The translations under genes and the position numbers were made by a program. A stretch of 64,000 nucleotides of DNA from Pachysolen tannophilus NRRL Y-2460 (taxonomy: Eukaryota): NCBI GenBank assembly GCA_001661245.1, contig KV454016.1, positions 371,381-435,380 on the forward strand. Direction: 5' to 3'. The notes under the pieces are model-generated. The model did no database searches and was not told the origin of the DNA. It saw nothing but the letters and a program-made list of their open reading frames with translations. Numbering within the stretch: the first letter of the stretch is position 1; each line of letters starts with the position of its first letter. This document shows positions 23,223 through 33,614 of this stretch, piece after piece.

Positions 23223-24284
23223 TCACCGCCTTCCGCGGGCGCTCCTCCTGCGGTTCTCCCCCGGTGTGCTGGCGGCACTGGCAGCAGCACTAGAAGCATT
23301 AGCTGCCGAAACACTGGTGGTGGTTGTGCCAGCGGCGGCGGCACCGGCGGCACCAGCACCAGTACCGCTGCCTGTTCCTGTTCCTGTGGCCGTGCCCGCG
23401 GCCGTACCTGTACCAGTTCCAGTACTGGCGTTTGTACTTGCACCTGCACCCGCACCAGTTCCCGTACTCACCACGCTGCCAGCAGTAGAAGTGCCAGCAC
23501 TTGCTCCAGGAGTACCTGAAGAAGATGCAAGTGACATCCTTGCAGATCTCCGTGTAGCTGGCTTTGATGGGGTGTTATCGGCAGTACTAGTGGCAGCTGT
23601 TGCTAATCTTGTTGAGCGTCTTGAATTTGCAGCTGGTACTGTATTTGCCGTATTATTATTATTATTATTTGCACTTGAACCTGATGGTGTTGATAATTTT
23701 TGAATTTTTCTTGGTCTCGCAGACTGAGCTGTAACTTTAGCTGTTCTTTTAAAACGAGTTCTGTCTGGTTCTGGAGTAGTAGATCCTCCTGTATTGGTTA
23801 CTTCTTGTTCCTCCTCATCCTCTTGATTATCATCATTATCATCATCATCAGCACGCTTTTTATCTTTGTCTTCGTCTTGGTCTTTCTCTTGGGCCGCTTC
23901 ACTGTCTCCAGACGGAGATGCAGCAGTACTATCAGAGTTACTATCAGAGTTACTATCAACAGTACCAATAGGCGTACCTTCTTTCAGCAGAGGCGATTTT
24001 TTCGTATTTTTAGCAACCTCGCTCTCCAGTTCAGAACCCAGTTCATCTTCTTCTCCATCTTCCTCATCTTCTTCTTCCAACTCTTCAAGTCCTTCCAAAT
24101 CATATAACATCTTCAACTTATCAATAACATCTTTTCTTGTTATTTCGGTATTATTCAATTTCTCTAAAATTAACCCTAAACGCTCATTTTTTTCCTTCCC
24201 CAAAGGCTTGAACCTCGCAATCGACTTAAACAAAACAATCTCTTCCTCTACACTCCACTCTCGCATCAGCATCAGTACCATCAT
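23223..24284 (-). CDS. EAF7: NuA4 subunit Eaf7 (CT20 family)
   Basis: WSVEEEIVLFKSIARFKPLG...KLKMLYDL N-terminal domain, acidic region, RRSTRL/TRRSAR motifs; lies between FPR1 and NAM9 as in S. cerevisiae. Confidence 0.85.
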   Translation of the reverse strand: MMVLMLMREWSVEEEIVLFKSIARFKPLGKEKNERLGLILEKLNNTEITRKDVIDKLKMLYDLEGLEELEEEDEEDGEEDELGSELESEVAKNTKKSPLLKEGTPIGTVDSNSDSNSDSTAASPSGDSEAAQEKDQDEDKDKKRADDDDNDDNQEDEEEQEVTNTGGSTTPEPDRTRFKRTAKVTAQSARPRKIQKLSTPSGSSANNNNNNTANTVPAANSRRSTRLATAATSTADNTPSKPATRRSARMSLASSSGTPGASAGTSTAGSVVSTGTGAGAGASTNASTGTGTGTAAGTATGTGTGSGTGAGAAGAAAAGTTTTSVSAANASSAAASAASTPGENRRRSARGRR

Positions 24285-24605
24285 CTTTAATCAATATAAA
24301 CCTCTTACTCTTTTATTTTATTAAAATTTTGAATATTCACCAAAATTCACCGCCTAAATCACCGGGAGCAAATACGCGGTCGTGTCCGCCTAAAACCAAT
24401 TTTTTTTCGCCGTAAATTTTTTTTTTTTTTTTTTTTTTTTTGTTTTTTGAAAAAATTTTTTTGTTTCCAAATTATAGAAAAATAATAGTAATTTTTGGAC
24501 AAAAATTAGTATTGAATAGAACATAATATTAGATTTATTTAAATTTTTTTTTTTTTTTTTTTTAAAAAGTTGAAGATTAAGAAATCAATCAGAGGTTGAG
24601 ATAAG

Positions 24606-26060
24606 ATGCCAAAGAAGGCTATATTGTTGAAATCTTTGGCTAGGGGCCGTATTAGGGCTTCTTGGAACAAGTATAATTTGTTTAATTTGTATAAGAAACA
24701 AAAAGTGAATTTTAATACAAAGACTTTATTTCAACAAAAATGGAGTTCAAAGACTGAGACAAGGGCTTATCATGGAGAACAATTAACTGAAAAGAGGTTT
24801 ATTAATGGGAATTTTGAGCCTAAGTTGAAAGGGGTTGCTCAATTGGATGCTTCTTTGAAAGGGAATGGGGATGTTGAAGAGACTCCTATTGTATTACAAA
24901 CATTTGCTGCTTTAGAGAAAAGATTAGATTTTGCTTTATTTAGAGCGATGTTTGCATCATCAGTTAGACAAGCAAGACAATTTATATTACATAAGAATGT
25001 TAAAGTTAATGGTGTTGTAATAAGACATCCTGGATTCCCATTAAAATCTGGTGATATTTTTTCAATTGATCCTGAAAAATTATTAACTGCTTTAGGTAGA
25101 AAGAAACCAAGTTTAAAAGAAAGTTATCAAGTTGATAATTTACAAATTATTAAATGGAATACATTTGTTAATAAGGCAAGAGAAAATCCATATGAAATTT
25201 GGATAAAACAACAGAAAAAGAAAGAATTACAAAAAAAAAATTTAACATCTCAAGTTAATCAAGATTATTTACAAAATGATGAATTTTCAATTAAAAAAAT
25301 TGATCAATATAATAATAATTTAATGTTAAATATGTTAAAAATTCAAAAAATGACAAATAGATCAACAATTTTAAAAGATATAATTGAAATTTCAAATAAA
25401 AATCTTAAAGATTTTAAAAATTTGAAAATTGAAGAATTAAAATCTTCAATTTTTAATGAAAAATTTGGTGATGAATTAAGTGAAAGATGTCTTTTAATTA
25501 TTAATTTATTAAAAGATAATCCAATTTTACAAAAAACAGAAATTGAATCATTTGATAAATTTTTATCTACAAATGTTGATGAATTTCCAGAAAATTTTAA
25601 ACATAATTTTAAAAAAATTAAACAAATTTTATCAGAATTAAATTCTTTATATTTAGAAAAATTAAGAAAAGATTCAGAAGCATTAAAAATTGATCCTTCT
25701 TCATCAATAGATTCATTACCTTATGATCCAAATTGGACAAATAATTTAATAAAACATCCAAATTTACCACCTTTACAAGAAATAGAAGAAAAAGGTGAAG
25801 ATTTAACAAAGATAAATTTACCATGGCAATCTTCATTTTTCGGTAGAGCTGATTTAAAGAAACCATATTTTACACCATGGGAACCAAGACCATTCTTGGC
25901 ACCTTTTGCCATATTGCCCCATCATATTGAAATTTCATTCGAAACAGGTCACGCAGTCTATTTAAGAGATCCAGTTGCAAGACCAGGTCAGTCTGAAGTT
26001 ATTTCACCATTTTCAACCGATGTTCACAAGCGGGCTTATATGTGGTATATCAGACGTTAA
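24606..26060 (+). CDS. NAM9: mitochondrial ribosomal protein uS4m
   Basis: MPKKAILLKSLARGRIRASWNKYNLFNLY, LEKRLDFALFRAMFASSVRQARQFI, PVARPGQSEVISPF. Confidence 0.96.
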   Translation: MPKKAILLKSLARGRIRASWNKYNLFNLYKKQKVNFNTKTLFQQKWSSKTETRAYHGEQLTEKRFINGNFEPKLKGVAQLDASLKGNGDVEETPIVLQTFAALEKRLDFALFRAMFASSVRQARQFILHKNVKVNGVVIRHPGFPLKSGDIFSIDPEKLLTALGRKKPSLKESYQVDNLQIIKWNTFVNKARENPYEIWIKQQKKKELQKKNLTSQVNQDYLQNDEFSIKKIDQYNNNLMLNMLKIQKMTNRSTILKDIIEISNKNLKDFKNLKIEELKSSIFNEKFGDELSERCLLIINLLKDNPILQKTEIESFDKFLSTNVDEFPENFKHNFKKIKQILSELNSLYLEKLRKDSEALKIDPSSSIDSLPYDPNWTNNLIKHPNLPPLQEIEEKGEDLTKINLPWQSSFFGRADLKKPYFTPWEPRPFLAPFAILPHHIEISFETGHAVYLRDPVARPGQSEVISPFSTDVHKRAYMWYIRR

Positions 26061-26294
26061 AAACGGATAAATATATATATAAATTATCTTGTAAATATAA
26101 ATTAGAAAAAAAAAAATTGGCTTAAATGATCTCGTAGATTTTATCAACCTCTCAAGATACTGAAGAGTTTAGAGGAAACTTCAATTTCAATCATCTCTCT
26201 TGATTTCATATGATTCAACTAAAAGAAGCTCAAAAGTAAAAAAAAAAAAAGTTTGGGAAAAGTGAAAAGAATTAATACATTGTAATATTAAATA

Positions 26295-27227
26295 ATGCCC
26301 AGGATATCACCAAGACTCATACTAGAAGCTTATAAAATACACCCATATTTACCATACTTATTACCAGCATGTAAGACAATATTTCAAGCTAAATTAGAAC
26401 TTGGTTGGATAATTAATGAATTACCAGTATCAAAACATAAATCTGCAATCAAAAAAAGGTTTCGATTATATCCTTTACAATACATTTTGGGGAATCAACC
26501 TTTTGGTTCTAACTTGAAGATTGAATGTAAAAAAGGAGTATTGATACCAAGACTGGATACTGAAGAATGGTGTATGGAACTTTGTAAAAAATTGAGAAAG
26601 ATTAAAAATCCAAATGATTCTTTAAAAGTGTTGGAAATTTGTAGTGGCAGTGGATGTATTTCATTATTAATTGGTGAACAATTAAAAGATTATTTACTGG
26701 AACTTGATATATTAGGGGTTGATGTTTCTCAAATATGTGTTGATTTATCTCAAAAGAATTTGGAATTGAATCATAAATATATAAATTCCAATAAAACTTT
26801 GATTAATTTTATAAAAGGTGATTTGTTTAATAAAGATTTACTTTCATCATTACCTATACAAAATCATGAGTTAGTTATATCAAATCCACCATATATTCCT
26901 CTTGAAGAATATAATGTATATCATGGTGGTTTAGAAAAATCGGTGATTAAATATGAACCAAGATTAGCATTAGTAGGGAATTTAGAAGTTTACAAGTCTT
27001 TATTGGACAATTTTGTTTTTAATAATAAATCATGTAAAAGTTTTATATTTGAAGTTGGTAATAAGAAACAAATTGAATTTGTTCGTGATTATATATTATT
27101 CAAGAAATTTTCTTGGAATGTTGGTTATAGAATAGATTCAAATGGTCAATATAGAAATGTTGTTGGATGGCAAAGAGATTGTAATTATGATTTATTACAA
27201 AAAATGTGTACTAGTATATATAATTGA
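26295..27227 (+). CDS. MTQ1: mitochondrial release-factor glutamine methyltransferase (HemK/PrmC family)
   Basis: PLQYILGNQPFG, VLIPRxDTEEW, EICSGSGCI, ISNPPYI, YEPRLAL. Confidence 0.92.
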   Translation: MPRISPRLILEAYKIHPYLPYLLPACKTIFQAKLELGWIINELPVSKHKSAIKKRFRLYPLQYILGNQPFGSNLKIECKKGVLIPRLDTEEWCMELCKKLRKIKNPNDSLKVLEICSGSGCISLLIGEQLKDYLLELDILGVDVSQICVDLSQKNLELNHKYINSNKTLINFIKGDLFNKDLLSSLPIQNHELVISNPPYIPLEEYNVYHGGLEKSVIKYEPRLALVGNLEVYKSLLDNFVFNNKSCKSFIFEVGNKKQIEFVRDYILFKKFSWNVGYRIDSNGQYRNVVGWQRDCNYDLLQKMCTSIYN

Positions 27228-27240
27228 TTAGAATAAAATT

Positions 27241-28692
27241 TTAATTATTCTTATTATTATCATCATTATCTTCTTCTTTTTCTAATTTTTGTTTCTTACG
27301 CTCATTTCTTCTAACAAAACCTCTACCAACAGCAATGACACCACCTTCTTTTGGATAAACTCTTGTACCCCATAAGAGATAACCACCACCACCTCTCATG
27401 GACATTAATGGATGTATTCTTCCAGGAATTGTTTGATATGGTCTTGCTCTTGTTTCCATAATGGAAGGTGCTAATACATTTAAATTTTTTGATAATAAAT
27501 GTTGTAATTCAACCAATATTTCTTTATATTGATTATATACAACAATTGGTCTTGAACCTTTAATTTTAGTAATTATATTTGGAATTAAAGTTGTTGGATA
27601 TATTGTTGAACAATATAATAACCCATCAAATTGAGAATCTTTACCAGTTACAAAATCAATAGTTTTATTAATTTCAATAATTCTTTTCTGTCTACGATAA
27701 TATTGTAATTTTTTTTGAGGTCTTAATTCTTCAATCAGTTCTTTAGTTTGTTCATTAAATATAAGTTTTTCATTTTCTGGTTCAAAAAATTGTAACCAAT
27801 TAATTGGTTTTATCATTGAATTAATCAGAGATTCAGTATAATTGGAATATTGTAAAAGGTTAAAATTTGGATGTTCATTTTCATGTCCAACAACAATAAG
27901 ACCTTCCCCTTTCATTCTTTCCATCATTGCATATAATATTAAACCTCCAGTTTCATCAACAACAAAATATTTTCCTCCAGGTCTAATATCTAATAAATTA
28001 AGCATTAAACCTAAAGTTTCTTCACTTAAATTTAAAATCTTACTCAAATCTTTTTCTTCATAATATTTTAATAAATTAGATGATGATAAATATTCAACTG
28101 TAAATTTTTTCATAAATTTTTGTTGCTTTCTAGTTATATATTTCTCTTGAGAATATTTAGTTTTTTTATTAAAACCTTTATGTGATTCAATTATCTTGGA
28201 AATAAGAATTTCTCCATTATCATTATTTTGTTTTTTGAAAAGTTCAATTTCTTCACTTGTTATTCCTTGAATCTTGGACCCAATATCAATAATATCACGA
28301 TTGGTCTCACTACTATTCTTCATAAGCTCTAAGATAGGTGTAGACTCTCTTGAAGTTTCTTGATCCATATTTTCTAATTCTTCTTCTTCCAATTCTAACT
28401 CATCTAATTCATCTAATTCTCCTTTAGCATCATCACCAAAAACCAATGATTTAACAGGTGAAACTTTTTTATCCGCTGATATTTCAAAAGACTGACCAAA
28501 GGGAAACCCCAATATCCCATTGACTTCAAAAGATCCAAATTTACCCAAATTAATCACACCATCAGACCTCGTTTCAACTATTTTCAAACCTTTAGAAGGT
28601 AACTTGATTAAAACATACTGGCCCACAGTTATCACACCAGTTTCTTTGGCAAACGATACAGGCTTTTCAGCACTCTCCAAACTCAAATCCAT
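27241..28692 (-). CDS. GCD10: tRNA m1A58 methyltransferase non-catalytic subunit (TRM6)
   Basis: LGKFGSF...GFPFGQSFEI, FNKKTKYSQEKY, ETRARPYQTIPGRIHPLMSMRGGGGYLL. Confidence 0.95.
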   Translation of the reverse strand: MDLSLESAEKPVSFAKETGVITVGQYVLIKLPSKGLKIVETRSDGVINLGKFGSFEVNGILGFPFGQSFEISADKKVSPVKSLVFGDDAKGELDELDELELEEEELENMDQETSRESTPILELMKNSSETNRDIIDIGSKIQGITSEEIELFKKQNNDNGEILISKIIESHKGFNKKTKYSQEKYITRKQQKFMKKFTVEYLSSSNLLKYYEEKDLSKILNLSEETLGLMLNLLDIRPGGKYFVVDETGGLILYAMMERMKGEGLIVVGHENEHPNFNLLQYSNYTESLINSMIKPINWLQFFEPENEKLIFNEQTKELIEELRPQKKLQYYRRQKRIIEINKTIDFVTGKDSQFDGLLYCSTIYPTTLIPNIITKIKGSRPIVVYNQYKEILVELQHLLSKNLNVLAPSIMETRARPYQTIPGRIHPLMSMRGGGGYLLWGTRVYPKEGGVIAVGRGFVRRNERKKQKLEKEEDNDDNNKNN

Positions 28693-28780
28693 CCTCTCTC
28701 TCTTTGACTCTCTCTCTGACTACTCTCTGACTCCCTGACTCCCTCTTAAGAGATGATTTAATCAATTTGATATTCAATTT

Positions 28781-28871
28781 GATGAGTTGAAAATTTCGTT
28801 TTAAAAAATTTTTCAAAAAAAAAATTTGAGCCGCATTTAAATTTTCTTTTCTTTTTTAGTTGAAAAATTTT
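28781..28871. promoter_or_regulatory. PAC (GATGAG) and RRPE (TGAAAAWTTT) motifs in the GCD10/NOP2 divergent promoter
   Basis: GATGAG 28781, TGAAAATTT 28788, reverse TGAAAAATTTT 28805-28815, TGAAAAATTTT 28861; both genes belong to the ribosome-biogenesis regulon. Confidence 0.7.
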
Positions 28872-28983
28872 TTATCATTTTAAAAGTTAATAATCTTTTG
28901 TAAGTTAATAATATTTGAACAGATAGTCTTTTATTGAGTTTATATCATAGGATTTGGAGGAGTAGCAGTGATATAGTAGTATA

Positions 28984-30891
28984 ATGGGTAGAGTTGCTAG
29001 AAACAAGCAGGGTGTGCCACCTACGTTTGAGGAATTTCAAGCTCAGAAGGAAGCAAAGGAGAAAAAACGGAATCAAGAGAAAAGGAAGAGGTCATCGGAA
29101 CCAGATATAGATAGAAATGGAAATTCAAAAAATAATAAGTATTCTAAGAAAGGATCTTCTTCATCTTCTGGAACTAAGAAGCATAGGAAGAATGTTGTAC
29201 AACAACAACAAAACTTGGATATTGAAGAAGATAGTGCTGATTTACCAGAAGTTGACTTGGAAGCATTATCAGCTGCTAAGAAATCATTATTTGATGAATC
29301 TGAGGATGAGGAAGAGGAAGAAGAAGTTGGTCTTGAAGCTGATGAGTTCCAAGACGATGAGTTTTATGATTCTGATGAGGAGAATAGAGAAAAGCCTATG
29401 TTTTCGGATGATGATGAAGATAACGAAGAAATTGAAAGACTGAATGCTGCAAATATGGAACTTCTTTCTAAACAGTTGGATGATGAACAAGAATTAGAAG
29501 ATCAAGAAGCTCAAGATGAATTATTGCAGACAAATATAATTCAGCCAAGGGCCAAAATCTTGCCTACTGAACAAGAAGAAGAAGAATTAGCTAAACAACC
29601 ACAAGATTTGACTGTATTAAGAACTAGAATGATTGAAATTACAAAAGTATTGGAAAATTTTAAAACATTATCAGAAGAAGGGAAAAGTAGAACAGAATAT
29701 GTTGATAGATTATTAAAAGATATTTGTGATTATTTTGGATATTCTTCATTATTGGCTGAAAAATTGTTTAATTTATTTACACCTTCTGAAGCAATGGAAT
29801 TTTTTGAAGCAAATGAAATTGCAAGACCAATAACTATAAGAACAAATACTTTGAAAACAAGACGTAGAGATTTAGCTCAAACTTTAGTAAATAGAGGTGT
29901 GAATTTACAACCAATTGGTAATTGGACAAAAGTTGGTTTACAAATTTTTGATTCACAAGTACCAATTGGTGCTACTCCAGAATATCTTGCAGGTCACTAT
30001 ATCTTACAAGCTGCTTCATCATTCTTACCAGTAATGGCCCTTGCTCCTCAAGAAAATGAAAGAATCTTAGATATGGCCGCTGCTCCAGGTGGTAAGACTA
30101 CATATATTTCAGCATTAATGAAAAATACAGGTTGTATATTTGCAAATGATGCAAATAAAGCAAGAACAAAATCTCTTATTGCTAATATTCATAGATTAGG
30201 ATGTACTAATACAATTGTATGCAATTATGATGCTAGAGAATTTCCTAAAGTTATAGGAGGATTTGATAGAGTATTATTAGATGCTCCATGTTCAGGTACT
30301 GGTGTTATTGCTAAAGATGAAAGTGTTAAAGTCTCAAGAACTGAAAAAGATTTTATTCAAATTCCACATTTACAAAAACAATTGTTACTTTCTGCTATTG
30401 ATTCTGTTGATGCTAATTCAAGTACTGGTGGTTATATTGTTTATTCTACTTGTTCTGTTGCAGTAGATGAAAATGAAGCTGTAGTGGATTATGCTTTACG
30501 TAAAAGACCAAATGTTAAATTGGTTGATACAGGTTTAATTATTGGTAAAGAAGGTTTTACATCTTATCGTGGTAAACATTTTAATTCTAAATTAAATTTA
30601 ACTAGACGTTATTATCCTCATACTTATAACGTTGATGGATTCTATGTTGCAAAATTTAAGAAAATTGCTCCATCTCCTCATGATGTTTCAAAAGCTGGTG
30701 CAAATGAAAAAGAAAACGCTGCAAGAAAAGAAGCTTTGGAAGAAGGTATTATCAATGGAGATTTTGCTGAATTTGATGACCAACAGGATAAGGACTTAAT
30801 TGAAAAAACCATAAAACGTAATTTGAAAAAGAAAGGTATTAATCCAAATTCTCTTAATTCAAAAGAAAAACCAAAAAAAGAATCCGAATAG
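28984..30891 (+). CDS. NOP2: 25S rRNA m5C methyltransferase
   Basis: IGATPEYLAGHY, LDMAAAPGGKTT, VLLDAPCSGTG, YSTCS, DGFYVAK. Confidence 0.98.
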   Translation: MGRVARNKQGVPPTFEEFQAQKEAKEKKRNQEKRKRSSEPDIDRNGNSKNNKYSKKGSSSSSGTKKHRKNVVQQQQNLDIEEDSADLPEVDLEALSAAKKSLFDESEDEEEEEEVGLEADEFQDDEFYDSDEENREKPMFSDDDEDNEEIERLNAANMELLSKQLDDEQELEDQEAQDELLQTNIIQPRAKILPTEQEEEELAKQPQDLTVLRTRMIEITKVLENFKTLSEEGKSRTEYVDRLLKDICDYFGYSSLLAEKLFNLFTPSEAMEFFEANEIARPITIRTNTLKTRRRDLAQTLVNRGVNLQPIGNWTKVGLQIFDSQVPIGATPEYLAGHYILQAASSFLPVMALAPQENERILDMAAAPGGKTTYISALMKNTGCIFANDANKARTKSLIANIHRLGCTNTIVCNYDAREFPKVIGGFDRVLLDAPCSGTGVIAKDESVKVSRTEKDFIQIPHLQKQLLLSAIDSVDANSSTGGYIVYSTCSVAVDENEAVVDYALRKRPNVKLVDTGLIIGKEGFTSYRGKHFNSKLNLTRRYYPHTYNVDGFYVAKFKKIAPSPHDVSKAGANEKENAARKEALEEGIINGDFAEFDDQQDKDLIEKTIKRNLKKKGINPNSLNSKEKPKKESE

Positions 30892-31035
30892 CTTTAATAT
30901 TAGCGATATTATTATTATTAATTTTGGCCTATGTATTAATTAGTGGTAATTGAATTTTTATCTTTTTTGTTAATAAACTATATATATTTTCAGTACATAA
31001 ACAAAAATCAATTAAACTTTTTTACTTAACTGGCA

Positions 31036-33300
31036 TTAGTTTGCAAAATTCCCCAAATTATGTTCTTTGATATAATCTGGTCCCATTTCTTCGTAATCCT
31101 GTTTGCTAATATAACTCTTTTCACATTCAGGTGTCTTTGACCATAAGCTCATACCTCTCCAAGCATCTAAAGTAGGATTTTCTGCTTTTCTTATCTTTAA
31201 TTCCGTTCCAACAGGTAAAAATGATCTGAATTCAGTGTATAATCTCTCTTCAAAATTTTGAAAATATCCTTGACCACCAGTAATGAATATATCTTTACAA
31301 ACTTCATATCTCTTTTCATCACTTAATCTATTCCATATAATGTTTTCACTAATCTCTATTATACCTGCCTGGTCTATACCAGCAATACTTGAAGGCTGAA
31401 ACATAATTTCAGGTACCTTAATCCTTTCCACATTTAAGTGAATTCTATGTTGTTCATGCGAGTCTTCTTGATTGAATGGTCTAGGTCCTCTAAGAAATTT
31501 ATGCACTACGGAGTTTCTCCAATTAAAGTTATTTGCCATCGTATCTTCAACGGTAAAGTTAGGATCATATTCCAATAATTCCTGCTCGATCTTTAAAATT
31601 TTAGTATCTTCCTCTTCTTCAAATTCTGATTCTTGTTCCAGATTTTCTCCAATATCCCTATAAATAGCCCAATCATCATCATTGGCTCCAAAAGTATCGT
31701 TTGGATCATTATCAATAGTTGCATTTTGATTTCTTCTACGTCTATTAGAGTTAATGCTGTCAACACCATTTTTATCATCCGAGGCCAATGAAGCAATATT
31801 TTTCATACGCTGTTGAGCTGCATGAGATTTTCTATTGTTTAATTCTTCCTTCAACTTCTTTCTCTCCTTCTTCTTGTTCAAAATCACTTGCAACTGAGAT
31901 CTTTTCTCAGCTATCCATCCATTCAAGTCAGTTTCTCTAAATCGTTTATCTTTTAACTCTTCTTCCTCTTTTCTTTTTTGCTCCAGAAGTTTTTCTTCTT
32001 TTGCTCTTTGTCTAGCCTCAAAATTCGACTTCATCAATCTCTGTTTACGTTTTTCTTTGATCTCGTCTTCATCAAGTTGATCATCTGGAATATCTACTAA
32101 AGGAAAATTATTGGTTTCAGCGGCAGGACCTTCATCTTCACCAACATCCTGATTTCTTGCTCTTTTCAAAGATTTTTCTAAATTAGTCATATATTTTTTA
32201 AAATCCAGCTCATCATCAAAACCTTCTGTAATAAGTGTATTCAATATGTGTTTTTTTGAGGTATTTGCAATTTCATTTCTAATCTTTGAAAAATATTCAA
32301 ATTCCTGTTCTTTTTGAACTAATTTTTCCAATCTTTTCTTTCTCAGCATTTCTTGTAATAACCTACCGCTTTCTTTTCTCTTTTCAGTTTCCAATCTTAA
32401 TTCTTCTTCAGTCTTTTGTGGCTTAATAACTTCAGTAAATGGTGCTTCCACACATACATCTTTCTGTTCCAAGACATCCATATCTAAATAGGACCTCATC
32501 TCTTGGTCAAAGTCAGTTGATATATAACAATGATCTTTTATTAAATAATCAATTTGAGAATTGGTAAATTTCGATGGGAAATATGGATATTTTAAATTTA
32601 ATGAACGTTGAAGATAATTTACCGCTGAATTTCCACCCCAATCAATTCTTTTACATTCATTTAAAATACCTTTACCATCTAAGACTGGAATAATATGAGT
32701 TGCTTCATGTCCTGTTCCGATAACCAACCCATCTCTACCACTGTTGGCATAAAAACTAAACAATGAATCTATACCACTTACAACTTTTGGGACTTGATAA
32801 GCTTCAAAAAGTAACTGATACATGTTCCTTCTATGTGATTGTGGAGCCCCAACAATTTCAGTGAGTAATATTGGGTTATTAACAAATCCAGACGAGCTCA
32901 CACCTAAATGCAGTAACGAATAATCAAGTATAGATTCCACATAATCCCAATTGGTAACTAAATTCCCATCAAAAGGTGATTTCGAAGAAGATTTAACGCT
33001 AGGTTCCAAGTAGATATCATTTCCGACAATTGTCAAAGTCTTGGTGAGTTTCCTATCTCTATAACGTGACACAATCGTAGGAAACCTATGAGATGGCATC
33101 GCACCATTGACCAAACCAACTCTTGTTTCCGATTTACCTAAATCTATAGCTATTGGCACATTTTCTGAATAATCAGTCGATATATATTCAGGTTGTGTTG
33201 TAGGTGCCAAGTCTCGAAGTGGATACACTTTCTGAGGTGGTAAATCCTCATCCCTAGAATGATTATAACGGCCGCTCTTGCTATTACTGCTGACAGGCAT
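31036..33300 (-). CDS. ARP5: INO80 complex actin-related protein 5
   Basis: Actin fold with charged insertion, KSHAAQQRMKNIASLA, DTFGANDDDWAIY, LNVERIKVPEIMFQP, DAWRG, YIKEHNLGN. Confidence 0.96.
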   Translation of the reverse strand: MPVSSNSKSGRYNHSRDEDLPPQKVYPLRDLAPTTQPEYISTDYSENVPIAIDLGKSETRVGLVNGAMPSHRFPTIVSRYRDRKLTKTLTIVGNDIYLEPSVKSSSKSPFDGNLVTNWDYVESILDYSLLHLGVSSSGFVNNPILLTEIVGAPQSHRRNMYQLLFEAYQVPKVVSGIDSLFSFYANSGRDGLVIGTGHEATHIIPVLDGKGILNECKRIDWGGNSAVNYLQRSLNLKYPYFPSKFTNSQIDYLIKDHCYISTDFDQEMRSYLDMDVLEQKDVCVEAPFTEVIKPQKTEEELRLETEKRKESGRLLQEMLRKKRLEKLVQKEQEFEYFSKIRNEIANTSKKHILNTLITEGFDDELDFKKYMTNLEKSLKRARNQDVGEDEGPAAETNNFPLVDIPDDQLDEDEIKEKRKQRLMKSNFEARQRAKEEKLLEQKRKEEEELKDKRFRETDLNGWIAEKRSQLQVILNKKKERKKLKEELNNRKSHAAQQRMKNIASLASDDKNGVDSINSNRRRRNQNATIDNDPNDTFGANDDDWAIYRDIGENLEQESEFEEEEDTKILKIEQELLEYDPNFTVEDTMANNFNWRNSVVHKFLRGPRPFNQEDSHEQHRIHLNVERIKVPEIMFQPSSIAGIDQAGIIEISENIIWNRLSDEKRYEVCKDIFITGGQGYFQNFEERLYTEFRSFLPVGTELKIRKAENPTLDAWRGMSLWSKTPECEKSYISKQDYEEMGPDYIKEHNLGNFAN

Positions 33301-33614
33301 TTTTGAATTATGGCCAAATATATAAATATAGTTAAATCTGTATATATATATTGAATATATATAATAAAGAGTATTAAATAATTTGAATTATCAACTATAT
33401 TTTCTGGTGTCGAAAAGGTCAAATTTTTTTTTTTAGAAAAGTGAATTTTTCCAAATTTTCACCAACAATTAATACAATTACAACTTGATTAAATACAAGT
33501 TCCCATGGGGTAAGAAGGAGTAGTTTTAAGTGTATGAGCCTTATAAATAGTTTCAAAAATCTTCTATTTAGTTATAACGTTTCATTTACCTATATCAACT
33601 ATTAAAAACAAAAT

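Noticed and set aside
23203..23703. 166-aa antisense ORF over the EAF7 tail
   Set aside because: No ATG start; it is open only because the GC-rich repeats lack stop codons.
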